A stretch of 63,422 bases of DNA, filler included, from Vannella sp. (lineage: Eukaryota), in NCBI GenBank assembly GCA_023345925.1. It is 8 parts of 8 records of this genome, joined end to end, with 100 filler letters (N's around TTAATTAATTAA, not from the genome) between each part and the next. Parts side by side here need not be neighbours in the genome. Positions count along the whole stretch, not along the records: positions 9,528 to 20,802 come from JAJQQN010000419.1; positions 20,903 to 32,311 come from JAJQQN010000352.1; 6 more parts are not named here. The stretch is one strand, 5' to 3'. The position numbers and the translations under genes are program-made. Position 1 is the first letter of the stretch, and every line of letters starts with the position of its first letter. The notes below the pieces were generated by a model. It saw nothing but the letters and a program-made list of their open reading frames with translations, searched no databases and had not been told where the DNA came from. Positions 11,138 through 22,828 of this stretch are shown one piece after another.

Positions 11138-14100
11138 ATGGAAGAGCCACAGAGTTCCATCTCTGCACGTCATAGTCGCTACCAAGTGTCTCCCAGTGAC
11201 TTTGACTTGGTTGCCTTGGCGGGGCGCGGGGCCTTTGGCAAGGTAATGGAGAATTACTTACTTCCGTTTGGCGTCTTCTCACCGTACGAAAGGTTTGGGT
11301 GGTTCGGAAGAAGAACGACTACAGTGGAAAGGTCATGGCCATGAAGGAGATGAGCAAGCAAGATATGATCGCGCGCGGATACGTCACCCACACCAAACAG
11401 GAGAAAGACATCATGGCGAAGGTCCGCACCCTCTGCTTCCTTCCTCTCTCCCTCTAACGGTACGACAATAGGTCGGCTCACATCCTTTTATTGTGGACTT
11501 GTACTTCACCTTCCACTCGGAGGCGCACATCTACATCGTAATGGAATACGTTCCCGGTACGTTTGCCTGACCCCACTTGAAGCGCGAGGAGGCCTGCTTC
11601 TAACGCTTGTCCGATAGGAGGTCATTTGTTAAGTTATGTTATGGATACAGTGGATCCTTGGCCGGAGGACAAGTGCTGCTTCTATGGAGGGGAGATCCTC
11701 CTCGCTTTGGAGTACATTCACGCTCAAAACGTTGTCTACAAGTAAGAGCGCTTGATTAGTATCAGGGGAGCTCTACTAACTGGTACCAAAGGGATCTTAA
11801 GCTGGAGAACGTTCTATTAGATATGGACGGCCACGTCCGACTGACCGACTTTGGCCTCTCTGCCCAACTTGAGAGTGACACAGACCGTGTTCACTCAATG
11901 TCTGGGACGGCTGCTTATCTAGCACCAGAAGTAATCGACGGTGGAGAGCAAGGACACGGCAAAAGCGTCGATATATGGGCGTTCGGTGTCCTGATGTTCA
12001 CCATCCTCCTTCACGAGAGTCCCTTCTACTCAGAGAATCTGAGTGAACTCTTCGACATGATCCTTCATCAGGAAGTTGAGTGGGACTACTACAAAGAGGA
12101 CCTCTCTCCCGAGGCTTTCTCCCTTCTAGAGGGTTTGCTCACCAAGGAAGTTGACAAGAGACTAGGCTGTGGCCCTGGAAGGATACAAGAGATCAAGGAC
12201 CACCCATTCTTTGCCTCCGTTAACTGGGAAGAACTTTCTGCGATGAAGACGAAGGCCTTCATCCGTCCTAAGCTCAGAGTAGGCTCACCTTCTCCAAACT
12301 TAACGTCCCATTAGAGCTAACCATCGCCTTCTCTCCAGGTGGCAGAGAGAGCGACCATGCAAGATCGGATCGATCTGGTTAACGATCACGTCTCGAAGAA
12401 GTCTGCTGATCGAGGAGAGTTTGCTGATTTCAGCTTTGTTGCAGCCGACTACCTTCACCATACTGCTGTGGATGCTACCGAAGAGGCGATAAGCAGCTGG
12501 AGTGCGATTACTGATGAAGAGGAGGATTACGCGTGGCCGTTTTCTTGCGGCAACTTGCCGTTCTCTGCTGTGAACCAGATTGTGCGTTATCTGTCAATAA
12601 CTGACATTAGCCGAGCATCTCAGGTGTGCAAGGAATGGAACAAGTTTCTGTGGACCAACATTCACGAAATTGATCTTTCCACTGTCCAGCCTGACCTTTT
12701 TGACCAATACTGGCAATCTCACATCTCAAAAGTTCTCAAGCGCCCCTCCCGTCTCCTGAAAATGCGCATGAATGAGCGGACAACTGATGCTTCTGTGGCT
12801 AACATTCCTTCCATTGTGCCTCTTGAGGTCATCAACTTTACTCATTGTTCTTTGATCACTGCAAACGCCATCAAAAACATGTGCAAAGACGATCCAAACG
12901 CTCTTCGTCCCAAGAAGATGAAGTTCCCGATGCTGGCTGAGCTTGATTTGGCGTATTGTGAAGGAATTGATGACAGCGCTCTTGAGCAACTAGGCAGACA
13001 CCTTTCATCATTGAAGAGATTGAATCTTGCTTTCTCCAGTAACATTACTGATGCTGGTTTGGCTCATCTAACTCGTCTTCGTTACTTGTGGCGACTTGAT
13101 CTTCAGGGACTGAAGAACTTGACTGATCAAGGGATCAAGCAACTAGTTGACCTTCCCAATTTGAGAGTTTTAGAGCTAACTGGATGCGTCAATCTTACCA
13201 GCGCTGGTGTGGAGGCACTCCGTACCAAAGCCACTCAACTCGAGGTCCTAATTTGGGGAGAAGTATCTGATAAGCCGGTGGTTGGACCAACTGAGAAAGC
13301 TCCCAAGAGAGGATTATTTTCAAAACCTGGCCACATCAAGAACTCTATCTTCCGAGTATCTCGTGGAACACAAGAGCGAGAGCGATCAAAGTCATTCCTC
13401 CCATCTTTCAAGAAGAGGAAGACGACGGCGAAGTTGAATGTCCCAGCCAAGAAAACTCAATCCGCTGAGACAGTTGCAGTTGTTCCACCCGATGAAGAGA
13501 TTGAGGAGGACCAAATCAGTCCGAGATCCTCTCGAAACCGAGCAAAGAAGGCAGGGAAGGACAAGATCAAGGACAAAAAGATTCCTAAGGCTCGACGAGA
13601 GACTGACGCTGGAACTGCCCCTCCTGTCGAGAAGAAAGAGAAAGAAAAAGAGAAAGAGAAGGACAAAGAGAAGGACAAGCAAAAGCGCACTGAGCATGCT
13701 AAGTCGAGGGAGATCAGTCCTGAGGTTGACCTTGCTGCAAACATGCTGATGAGTCCTGACGTTAAACGAGCCAAGCATCCAAAGAAGGGAAAGAAGGACA
13801 AAACTCGTCCAGCCGATGAAGAAGAGCAACTTCCAAAGATTCCCAGAGAGACATCACCTGTTGATGTTAGCTGTCCGAAACGGTCCACCCCGACTCGAGT
13901 TCCTCTTGAAGAAGGCGATGAAGGAGTGGCTTGCAGTCCACCAGAAGATTCTCCGTTGGAAGAGGAAGCTGCCAATCATCCCCGACAGTCGCGAAACCGC
14001 CATGGCAAAAAGGATTCTATGTCTAGTAATGATTCTCCGGCTGGCAAGAAGAGAACAAAGAAGGGAACCTCAGAGGATAGAGAAAGTCTTAATGCTGAAG

Positions 14101-15089
14101 GCCCCGAGATTCCCTCTGAATCAGAGGCTATTGCTGCACCAGAGCTTGCTGTTGAGACTACTAAAACAGATCTGCCTCGTTCAAAGACTGACGAGAAGCT
14201 TCAATCTGAGTCTGAGCTTTCAGTTAACACTTCCACACCAGAACTGCCTCCCTCAAAGACTAACGAGCTCCCTGAGGCCAAGGAAGAGATCCCAACAGAA
14301 GCTGTTGAAGTTCAGATCAAGCAATCTACAACAGAAGAAGTACTCCCAAGTGCCAATACATCATCCGATCCTGAAGGCCAATCTGTTTTTGCCAAGCGAG
14401 CGGCATTTGAACGAGCAGTCCCCCAACCTAACCCTGTTAAGGCCAAACCCTCGACTCCCAAGGTAACTCCTGCCAAGCCAAAAGCGATACCATCGAGCGA
14501 TTCACCTAAGGAAGTCAAAACTCCGGTCAAAACTACTACAAAGGAAAAACCGATTCCAACAAAGGAGCAAACCGAACCCACAAAATCATCACCCTCTCTC
14601 TCAGCCAAAGTGTCTTTGTCAGACCCTCTGGTTGCTCAACTTGCAGAGGCTGACGATGAAACTAATAAGCGTGCCAGTTTAGTTGTCCAGCGACGGGCTG
14701 TCTTTGAATCTTACCAAGGAGAAAAGACTTCGTCACCGAAATCCTCCAGCCCTCTCAAAGTCGATGCAACCAAACCCTCCACCGCCGCGTTACTAGCACA
14801 AGCGACCTCACTTAGTGGTAACCAAATCAACGCTACCGTACCCCAAAAGACATCTGGCCCCAGCAGTTTAGTCATCACCAAACCCGACACTCCCAGCAAC
14901 CCCAGTCGCAGCCCTCGAGTATCCGAACGAATCAAAGATGCCGAAAAAGCATCAGAAACAACAACGCCTGTCCCCAGCCCTCGCAAGCCCAAAGAACCAG
15001 AAGCCACCAACAAGCCGCCAGAAGCCGAGGCCGAAGCGGACGGCGCCAGCAAGTCCGCTTTCTCCTTTTGGCAATCCAAACAAGCGTGA
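11138..15089 (+). CDS. AGC-family Ser/Thr kinase fused to F-box + leucine-rich repeats + long disordered tail; 6 exons
   Basis: [56 protein letters not shown]. Intron 12279-12338 joins in frame to the AGC hydrophobic motif FADFSFV, an F-box ([28 protein letters not shown]) and FBXL-type LRRs ([32 protein letters not shown]). Confidence 0.85.
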
Positions 15090-15190
15090 GGGCCCGGCTT
15101 TGTAAGTTATTTGATTTTCTAAATTCCAGCTTTTCCAACGATTTTGGGGCTCAGTTGGAGACCATTATTTCTTGGCCTGGTGGAGGGGAC

Positions 15191-18100
15191 ATGAGCGGAG
15201 GTGTTCAAGGCGTTGTGGAGAAGCTCAAGGAGAAGTCGATTGTCCATAAGGTGAAGAAGGAGTGCGAGAACAACATTGGCATTGACGATGTGACTGTTGC
15301 GGAGTTTCTGGTGGATCTTGCGAAGCAGCACAACACAGCGGAGAGCTATTATGCTGCTCTTGCTGATCAGCAGGCTTTCTTGCCAAAGCCTTTCATTACA
15401 AAGCTTTACTCCACCATCCAGCAGATGAGGAAGACGGACACAGCGCCCCGTGCAAACTCTCCTCCTCCCCAGAAGGCGTCTTCTACTCACCAGGCGGACT
15501 CCTTTGAGAGACCTCAACCTCCAGCATCCTCAGGCCATACTAGCAGGTCCGCTGTTCATCCCTCTCGCGCGCAGAATGTTCCAGGAGCAAACGAACGCGA
15601 TCGAGGTGATTACAGAGATGACCGTTACTCAAGAGGTGGAAGGGACTCGCGTGATAGAGACCACGACAGAGATAGAGATTACAGAGATGACCGCTCAAGG
15701 TCACAGTACGACTCACGAGGGCGGAGTGAGTCTCGTTCTCGAGATGACCGGCGTTCAGCTCCGCGAGGTAGAGATGACGAGGAGCCTCAATTGTACTCAA
15801 TTTACGAAGGAACGGTCTCGAACATCATGGACTTTGGTTGTTTCGTTCGATTGGATCAGTTCCGGGACCGTTTGGAGGGTTTGGTCCACATCACCCAACT
15901 CCGTTCGGACCGAGTCACCAATGTCAAGGATGTGGTTGCTCGTGGAGAAAGAGTGAAGGTCAAAGTCATCTCAGTAGCAGGGAAGAAGATCTCATTGAGT
16001 ATGCGAGACGTAAACCAAAGAACAGGCGAAGATCTTTGTCCCATCCGGCGCCCTCCACCTGGGGACATGTCTCGTTCGTCTGGCGACCATCCAAATATCA
16101 TGAGGAACATCAACAGTGACGTTGGGAAGGTCCCCGTGTACGAAGGCGACGATCCTTTGGGCTATCGACCCTCCAAAAGACCTTCCTCTCCTGAAATGTG
16201 GGAGATGAATCAAATGAGAGCAGGAGGATCTCTCGAAGTGATTGATGAGCCCGACTACGACGCCGACTTTGGCCTGACCAATGAACTCGAAAAGGTTGAA
16301 GAGTTTGAAATCGAACGGAATGAGCAGCTGCCGCGCTTCCTTCGGGGAAAGACGATTTCTGCAGCGGAAATGTCACCTATCAAGGTCGTTAAGAACCCAG
16401 AAGGGACATTGCAACGAGCCGCGATGACTCAATCTGCGTTAGCCAAAGAGCGACGAGAGCTTCGGGACCAGCAGGAAGCAGCTTTGTTGGACGACGTTCC
16501 TAAGAACCAAAGCCGACCTTGGGAAGATCCGCTGCCTGACTCAGACCCGCGCCGTGATAATTCTGAACTGAAAGGTCTCCAATCAACTCAGAACGTTCCT
16601 GCTTGGAAAGAAGCGGCTCATGGCAAGGCTGTTCGATACGGTCAAGTCACTGTCAAGAGCATGAGTGAGCAGCGAGAGGGATTGCCAGTCTATCTACTCC
16701 GAGACAAGCTCCTGCAAGCAGTGTACGAGTACCAAATGCTGGTTGTTATCGGTGAGACTGGATCTGGAAAGACAACACAGATTCCTCAGTATCTTGCGGA
16801 GGCTGGGTATGCAGAGAAGGGGAAAAAGATGGTTGGATGTACACAACCTCGTCGTGTTGCTGCCATGTCCGTGGCTAAGCGAGTGGCGGAAGAGTTTGGA
16901 TGCCGTTTGGGACAAGAAGTTGGATACTCCATCCGTTTTGAAGATTGCACTAGCCCTGATACAGTTCTCAAGTACATGACTGATGGTATGCTTCTAAGAG
17001 AGTGTCTGGTTGACCCAGATCTTTCTCACTACTCTGTCATCATGTTGGATGAAGCTCACGAGCGGACCATCCACACTGACGTACTGATGGGTCTTCTCAA
17101 GAAGGCTTGCGAACGCAGGAAGGATCTGAAGCTGATTGTTACTTCGGCCACTCTCAACGCTGCCAAGTTCAGCGAATACTTCAACAAGTGCCCAATTGTT
17201 ACAGTGCCTGGGCGCACTCATGAAGTCGACATTCTTTACACCAAAGAGCCAGAGACAGACTACTTGAACGCAACTCTCATCACTGTCATGCAAATTCACT
17301 TGGACGAACCGCCTGGTGACATTTTGGTCTTCCTCACTGGTCAAGAGGAGATCGATGCCGCTTGCCAGATCCTTTACGAACGGATGAAAGCTTTGGGAGA
17401 GAACGTTCCTGAATTGATCATTCTGCCAGTCTACAGTGCGTTGCCTTCAGAGATGCAGACCAGAATCTTTGAACCGGCACCCCCTGGCACCAGAAAGGTT
17501 GTCATTGCTACCAATATCGCAGAGACTTCGTTGACGATCGATGGGATCTTCTACGTGGTTGACCCAGGCTTTTGTAAGCAGAACGTCTTTACTCCTCGTA
17601 CGGGAATGGACAGTCTTGTGGTTGTGCCCATCTCTCAAGCTCAGGCTCAACAACGGTCTGGTCGTGCGGGACGTACAGGACCGGGGAAAGCTTATCGTCT
17701 CTTCACAGAGGCAGCATTCCGAAATGAAATGCATCCTACAACAGTTCCTGAGCTTCAACGCGCTAACTTATCCATGACTGTGCTCATGCTCAAAGCTATG
17801 GGCATCAATGACCTCCTGAACTTTGATTTCATGGACCCACCACCTTCTCAAACACTCATTGTGGCACTGGAAAGCTTGCATGCCCTCGGAGCTCTCGATG
17901 ACGAAGGCCTTCTCACCCGGTTGGGTCGTAAGATGGCTGAATTTCCTCTGGAGCCTGCTTTGGCCAAGATTCTGATTACTTCAGTGGAGCTGAAGAGCTC
18001 AGATGAGATTCTAACGATCGTGGCGATGTTATCTGTACAGAATGTCTATTATCGGCCCAAGGAGAAGCAGGCGCTTGCTGACCAGAAGAAGGCTCGCTTC

Positions 18101-18658
18101 TACCAAGCAGAAGGAGACCATCTTACTCTCTTGGCGGTCTACCAGGCTTGGAAAGCGAGCAAGTTCTCCAACGCTTGGTGCTTTGAGAACTTCATACAAG
18201 CTCGTTCCATGCGCCGAGCACAGGATGTTCGTAAACAGCTACTGGCCATCATGGATCGCTACAAGCTCGACATCATCTCATGTGGTAAGAACTACACACG
18301 GGTAAGAAAGGCCATTTGCTCTGGGTACTTCAGGAACGCAGCCAAGAAGGATCCGCAGGAAGGGTACAAGACAATGAGTGACGGCCAGACGGTCTACATT
18401 CACCCTGGAAGCTCCCTCTTCCAGAAGAACCCTGACATGGTTGTCTACCATGAACTCATCATGACCACGAAGGAGTACATGAGAGAGTGTATGACCATCG
18501 AGCCCCAATGGCTCGTAGAACTCGCTCCCAACTTTTACCGTCCCTCCGATCCCAAACACCTCAGCAAACGGAAGAGAAACGAGCGCATTGAGCCACTCCA
18601 TGACAAATACCGTGATCCCAACGAGTGGCGCCTTTCCAAACGGATGAAACAGCACTAA
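15191..18658 (+). CDS. DHX8: Pre-mRNA splicing DEAH-box helicase PRP22/DHX8; intronless
   Basis: RS/RD-rich region, S1 domain ([13 protein letters not shown]), [28 protein letters not shown] and C-terminal WRLSKR. Confidence 0.96.
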   Translation: MSGGVQGVVEKLKEKSIVHKVKKECENNIGIDDVTVAEFLVDLAKQHNTAESYYAALADQQAFLPKPFITKLYSTIQQMRKTDTAPRANSPPPQKASSTHQADSFERPQPPASSGHTSRSAVHPSRAQNVPGANERDRGDYRDDRYSRGGRDSRDRDHDRDRDYRDDRSRSQYDSRGRSESRSRDDRRSAPRGRDDEEPQLYSIYEGTVSNIMDFGCFVRLDQFRDRLEGLVHITQLRSDRVTNVKDVVARGERVKVKVISVAGKKISLSMRDVNQRTGEDLCPIRRPPPGDMSRSSGDHPNIMRNINSDVGKVPVYEGDDPLGYRPSKRPSSPEMWEMNQMRAGGSLEVIDEPDYDADFGLTNELEKVEEFEIERNEQLPRFLRGKTISAAEMSPIKVVKNPEGTLQRAAMTQSALAKERRELRDQQEAALLDDVPKNQSRPWEDPLPDSDPRRDNSELKGLQSTQNVPAWKEAAHGKAVRYGQVTVKSMSEQREGLPVYLLRDKLLQAVYEYQMLVVIGETGSGKTTQIPQYLAEAGYAEKGKKMVGCTQPRRVAAMSVAKRVAEEFGCRLGQEVGYSIRFEDCTSPDTVLKYMTDGMLLRECLVDPDLSHYSVIMLDEAHERTIHTDVLMGLLKKACERRKDLKLIVTSATLNAAKFSEYFNKCPIVTVPGRTHEVDILYTKEPETDYLNATLITVMQIHLDEPPGDILVFLTGQEEIDAACQILYERMKALGENVPELIILPVYSALPSEMQTRIFEPAPPGTRKVVIATNIAETSLTIDGIFYVVDPGFCKQNVFTPRTGMDSLVVVPISQAQAQQRSGRAGRTGPGKAYRLFTEAAFRNEMHPTTVPELQRANLSMTVLMLKAMGINDLLNFDFMDPPPSQTLIVALESLHALGALDDEGLLTRLGRKMAEFPLEPALAKILITSVELKSSDEILTIVAMLSVQNVYYRPKEKQALADQKKARFYQAEGDHLTLLAVYQAWKASKFSNAWCFENFIQARSMRRAQDVRKQLLAIMDRYKLDIISCGKNYTRVRKAICSGYFRNAAKKDPQEGYKTMSDGQTVYIHPGSSLFQKNPDMVVYHELIMTTKEYMRECMTIEPQWLVELAPNFYRPSDPKHLSKRKRNERIEPLHDKYRDPNEWRLSKRMKQH

Positions 18659-18959
18659 ATCGGAAATTTCCTTGAACGAGCGTTTCCCGCCATTTTCTAT
18701 CGTATTGCTCACGTTGAAGTCCTCATCTCGTCCATCAAGTCACATTGGGGGAACTACTTCTCCTCTACGGAGGGCCCACCGAACAGGAGAGAGACCAACG
18801 AAGAAACGGGGTTTGAGCGTCCCTGAAGTTGAAAGCCAGGCGGTGTTGGAGACTCTTGCGGCGGCGACTGTCGTCGTTGTAGCGTTTGAGGAGCATATCA
18901 AAGTGCCTGTGACTAATGCGGAGCAAACTGTGGGAGCCTTCTTGGATGCCTTCACTCTG

Positions 18960-20386
18960 ATGATCATGTAAGTCGATCGGCACTCTTCGGAAGCGCCTGC
19001 TGAGTCGGATTGGGGTCAGGGACCGGCTCTCTCTTCGACATGAGTCAACAGATCGATACTCTTTGTTCTACTGTGGCTCCCCTCTCGGTCTGGATGAGCT
19101 GATCTTCCCATTTGCGGAGATTGGACAGCCTCTCCAGTTTCTCTTGCGATCTTGCGAGAGAGGGCATAGAAGGAAGAAGTCCAGACATCAATCATCTCGT
19201 CTCACAACTTCAGAGAGAGAATCGCTGTTCATAGACGTCTTTGGAGGGACTACTTCCTCGCACTCTGCTTCCGGATCGCAACTTCTCCCCTCACCAACGT
19301 CTCCCTCTGCCTTACGAACTCGCTCTGCACTTCACATCAAGTCCTTTCACGAAGAACTTCAAAAAATTGGACGGGGATCGGAGTCAGCACGAAAGACGCA
19401 GAGGAAGGTCGAGATTATCGACCTTATTGGAGAAGGAGCGACGGCAAAGGTCTTTAGTTGCTACGTCGACGGTAAGTAAACATGTAGCAAGATACTTAGC
19501 TGACCCAAAGTGCTTCAGGATGGCAATGTGCTATGAAAGAGCTCGAAATTGACTGGGAGGTGGAAAAGTCTCTGAAAGATGGAAAATCTCATGAAATAGA
19601 GATTCTCGAGATGCTTCCTGCTCATCCTAATGTAGTACAGTACTTCTTCCATCAGCGCGTCAACAACAGACTCCAAATATTCCTGAAATGTTATCAAAAG
19701 TGTCTCCATAAGGAAATTATAGATCGCGTTGCCAACGCAACCCCATTTGGGCCATTGGAAATTGTTTTGATTGCTCTTGATCTATCAAATGGACTCTGCC
19801 ATCTGCATAAGAACAAAGTCTATCATCGAGGTTGGAAAGCCTTGCTCAGTTTGCTCTATTCACTGATTGTACTGATTTTAATACGCAGACATCAAGTCAC
19901 AGAACGTGTTTTTGCAAATGAGCTTGGGAAAGGTGGTAAGTGCTGCTCTTGGAGACTTGGATTCAGGAAAGATTGTTACCAAACGTTCGCGAGCGGTCAC
20001 AATAATTGGCACTCCAGCGTTTATGGCCCCCGAGATTCTGAGCTCTGACAACAAGATTGAGTATTCTGAAAAAGTGGACGGTATGGGGCGGATATTGAAA
20101 AGGTCTTGACTTACTCTTGGTAGTATTCTCCTTTGGAATGCTGTTGTATGAGCTTGTCTGTCTACGCCAGCCTTTTTGCGAGAGCAGACCTTCTCAAATA
20201 GCACAACTCATATTACAGGGGGACATTCCACCTTGGCCAGAGGATATTGGGATGGAGTACGACCCACTCCACTCCCTCCATCTGGATTGCATTCGCTTTC
20301 CTCCAGATTCCCGCCCTTTTGCCAAACAAGTCTCTGAGCGCCTGGAAAATCTCCTTTCAGTCTTTGCAGAGTCAGAACGCAAATAA
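18960..20386 (+). CDS. Protein kinase with a DLD variant of DFG; multi-exon, start uncertain
   Basis: IGEGATAKV, AMKE, HPNVVQY, HRDIKSQNVF (after splicing), GDLDSGK, GTPAFMAPE, DVFSFGMLLYEL. The frame is open upstream to ~18650 without an ATG. Confidence 0.8.
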
Positions 20387-20802
20387 AATTGCATTTCATT
20401 GCCCCACCCACCCAGGGATGGTTATAGCTTGCCATAAGGCTTATTCTCTCTCTAATGCACAGAGATTAGTCTAAAGCAATAACTCCTGTTTACTTCCAGT
20501 CATTACTTCAGAGAGGTAGTTCGGCATACTCGGTTTTCAAGCAGGTTTCTCGGTTTTTCGCTGTCCCGAGTTTAGACCGCGGAATACCGCAGGTTTTCGG
20601 TTCGGAGAAGAACCCTTTGGAGCCTTCACTAAGGTCAAAGGTCACTCCTTCAACTCAAATAGCTCTTTTCCCCCGGTGATAACCCGTGAGCTCATTTGTT
20701 GGATGGCAATTGACGCAGGAGGATCAGAGAGTCGCTCGTTCCCAATTCGCCGCTTTAAGGGTAACCTTAACAGGCCAAAGTTGATTATGATAGCTGCAGT
20801 GG

Positions 20803-20902
20803 NNNNNNNNNNNNNNNNNNNNNNNNNNNNNNNNNNNNNNNNNNNNTTAATTAATTAANNNNNNNNNNNNNNNNNNNNNNNNNNNNNNNNNNNNNNNNNN
20901 NN
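20803..20902. other. Artificial contig-joining spacer
   Basis: N44-TTAATTAATTAA-N44. Confidence 0.98.
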
Positions 20903-21046
20903 GTTGCATTCGTTCTGGTCTTCAGCTCTTGAAACGAAGAAACGCCAAAGTTACGGCACTGAGGTAGCGAGTACCAAAAACTGTCAACATTCCATCAAGA
21001 TTTCTTTACAAGCAAATTGTCCACAGTTTGTTCATTAAAACGGCGG

Positions 21047-22723
21047 ATGGCGGAATGGTACAAGCCGGTTAAAATGGCAGCGTCGTATTGCACTAAAGAT
21101 GTCGAGCTGCGCGATACAAAACGGCAGGTGGATTTGATAGTGAGTGTGACATATCCTGCTCCTAATGATAGCCAGAAGAAGGACCACTACGAGCACTGTC
21201 GGTTCCCCATCGTCCTTCTCTCTCCTTTAGCTTTGGGGGGTAAGGACTGTTACTCCTCCATCGCTAGATCGTTTGCAGTACATGGTTACATCTGCGTTAC
21301 CATCTCTCATCAGGACAACCTCAAACGCCAACGTAAGAGCAAAGGGTTTGGCTGGATCCTTTCGGAGGGACCTCGGGCGGCCATTACGAGCATCTACAAC
21401 TCTCCCCACCTCATCCTAGAACGCGTTTGTGATATACTCTTTGTGATTCAGTCCCTGAGGCTCATCGAGCTCGCTGTAGTCCACCTTCGCAACCATTTCC
21501 GCTTCGATCAGATCATGGTCTTTGGACACTCCTTTGGCGCCCTCACAGCGATGATCATCGCTGGAGCAAAGGTCAACCTTCCTTCCGCCTTAGTGGCACG
21601 CCTGGACCCCGCCTACGCGCCACAAACTCACAAAGGGGGAGGGGCCGACCTCTACTCCTGGCATGCTCCGGACGTACGGGCCGCTGTTGTTGTCTCTCCA
21701 ATAGGACCAGGCTCATTGGGGATGGAAGAGAGCTCTTACACCTTCAACATGCCCATCCTGCTCATCACTGGCAACAAAGACGCTTCTTTTGAGCGTCAGT
21801 TCCTCTCAGACTGGAAGAGGAAGGTCTTTGACCTAGCACAGAAAGGACAGCACCCTCAGTATCTTGTTAACTTCCACGATGCAGACCATGGCTTCGGCGA
21901 CCTGGCAGGATGCACTATTGTATCGAAGATGGCCGGTTGGGTCTCTTCCAAAGAGGTGCAAACAGCCATCTTTCGAAGCTCTATCGCCCTAGCAGATGGC
22001 TACATGAATGCTCCATCAGAAAGTGCTCGGAAATGGCTCAACACTACTTTCCCGGACTCAGCAATGGAAGCATTGGGTTATGTCGACGTCTATTTGCCCA
22101 GTCCCTCTGAACCTGCTGATTCAGCTCCATCATCTGATGCACTGGAACACTCACTCCCAGTCACTAATGACTATTCGTATGCAACAGTCTCTCAGACTTC
22201 GTATTCTGGAATTCCGGAAGCCTATTTGGCAAATGTATCTTCTCTCACCTTTGCAGCCGCCCCTCAGACTTCGTATGCAGCAGCCCCTCAGACTTTGTAT
22301 GCCGAAGTCCCTCAGACTTCGTATGCAGCAGTCCCTCAGACTTCGTACTCTGGAATTCCGGAAGCCTACTTGACGAATGTGTCTTCTCCCTCGGGAATGA
22401 CGTATTCAGAGTCAATTGGCACCTCAGCAACAGGTTATATATCATTAAGACAAGAAACAGTATCAAGACCGTCGAATCCCATCCCTTGTGGAGTCCCTGA
22501 GTATCTCTCCAACATCAATTCTCCTCCCAATAGCGGCTCTTCTCCATTTGCGTATCTGGGCACGCCAGCGCCCTCTGCTCGGCCAGCCTCACCTCCTCGA
22601 ACGACCAGCCATCTTGGAGACTACAATCTCCACATGTCTGCCTGCATCATCCCAAAAGCTCCGTCCCCTTCGCCGTCGCCCTCGAACCAATCAGATCTGC
22701 CGGCTTATCTCCGAAGCGGGTGA
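21047..22723 (+). CDS. Alpha/beta hydrolase (PAF-acetylhydrolase/chlorophyllase-like) with a Ser/Pro/Tyr-rich repeat tail; intronless
   Basis: FPIVLLS, FAVHGYICVTISH, nucleophile elbow GHSFG, candidate Asp (TGNKD) and His (DADHGF). Confidence 0.75.
   Translation: MAEWYKPVKMAASYCTKDVELRDTKRQVDLIVSVTYPAPNDSQKKDHYEHCRFPIVLLSPLALGGKDCYSSIARSFAVHGYICVTISHQDNLKRQRKSKGFGWILSEGPRAAITSIYNSPHLILERVCDILFVIQSLRLIELAVVHLRNHFRFDQIMVFGHSFGALTAMIIAGAKVNLPSALVARLDPAYAPQTHKGGGADLYSWHAPDVRAAVVVSPIGPGSLGMEESSYTFNMPILLITGNKDASFERQFLSDWKRKVFDLAQKGQHPQYLVNFHDADHGFGDLAGCTIVSKMAGWVSSKEVQTAIFRSSIALADGYMNAPSESARKWLNTTFPDSAMEALGYVDVYLPSPSEPADSAPSSDALEHSLPVTNDYSYATVSQTSYSGIPEAYLANVSSLTFAAAPQTSYAAAPQTLYAEVPQTSYAAVPQTSYSGIPEAYLTNVSSPSGMTYSESIGTSATGYISLRQETVSRPSNPIPCGVPEYLSNINSPPNSGSSPFAYLGTPAPSARPASPPRTTSHLGDYNLHMSACIIPKAPSPSPSPSNQSDLPAYLRSG
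22172..22390 (+). repeat. Coding tandem repeat: 24-bp units (PQTSYAAA-like) bracketed by a duplicated SYSGIPEAYL block
   Basis: cctcagacttcgtatgcagcag-like units in tandem; cagacttcgta(t/c)tctggaattccggaagccta occurs twice. Confidence 0.85.
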
Positions 22724-22828
22724 TTAATCGCCCACCGATTTGCTAATTAGATCTATAATGAGGATTAAATTGTGGACTTGTTGGATCACTTGGCGATTTT
22801 AGTGGATTTCATCCATTTGCTGGTGGCG

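Noticed and set aside
15068..15190. N-terminal extension of DHX8 overlapping the upstream gene
   Set aside because: It starts at TTG inside the previous CDS; the ATG at 15191 gives a normal PRP22 N-terminus.
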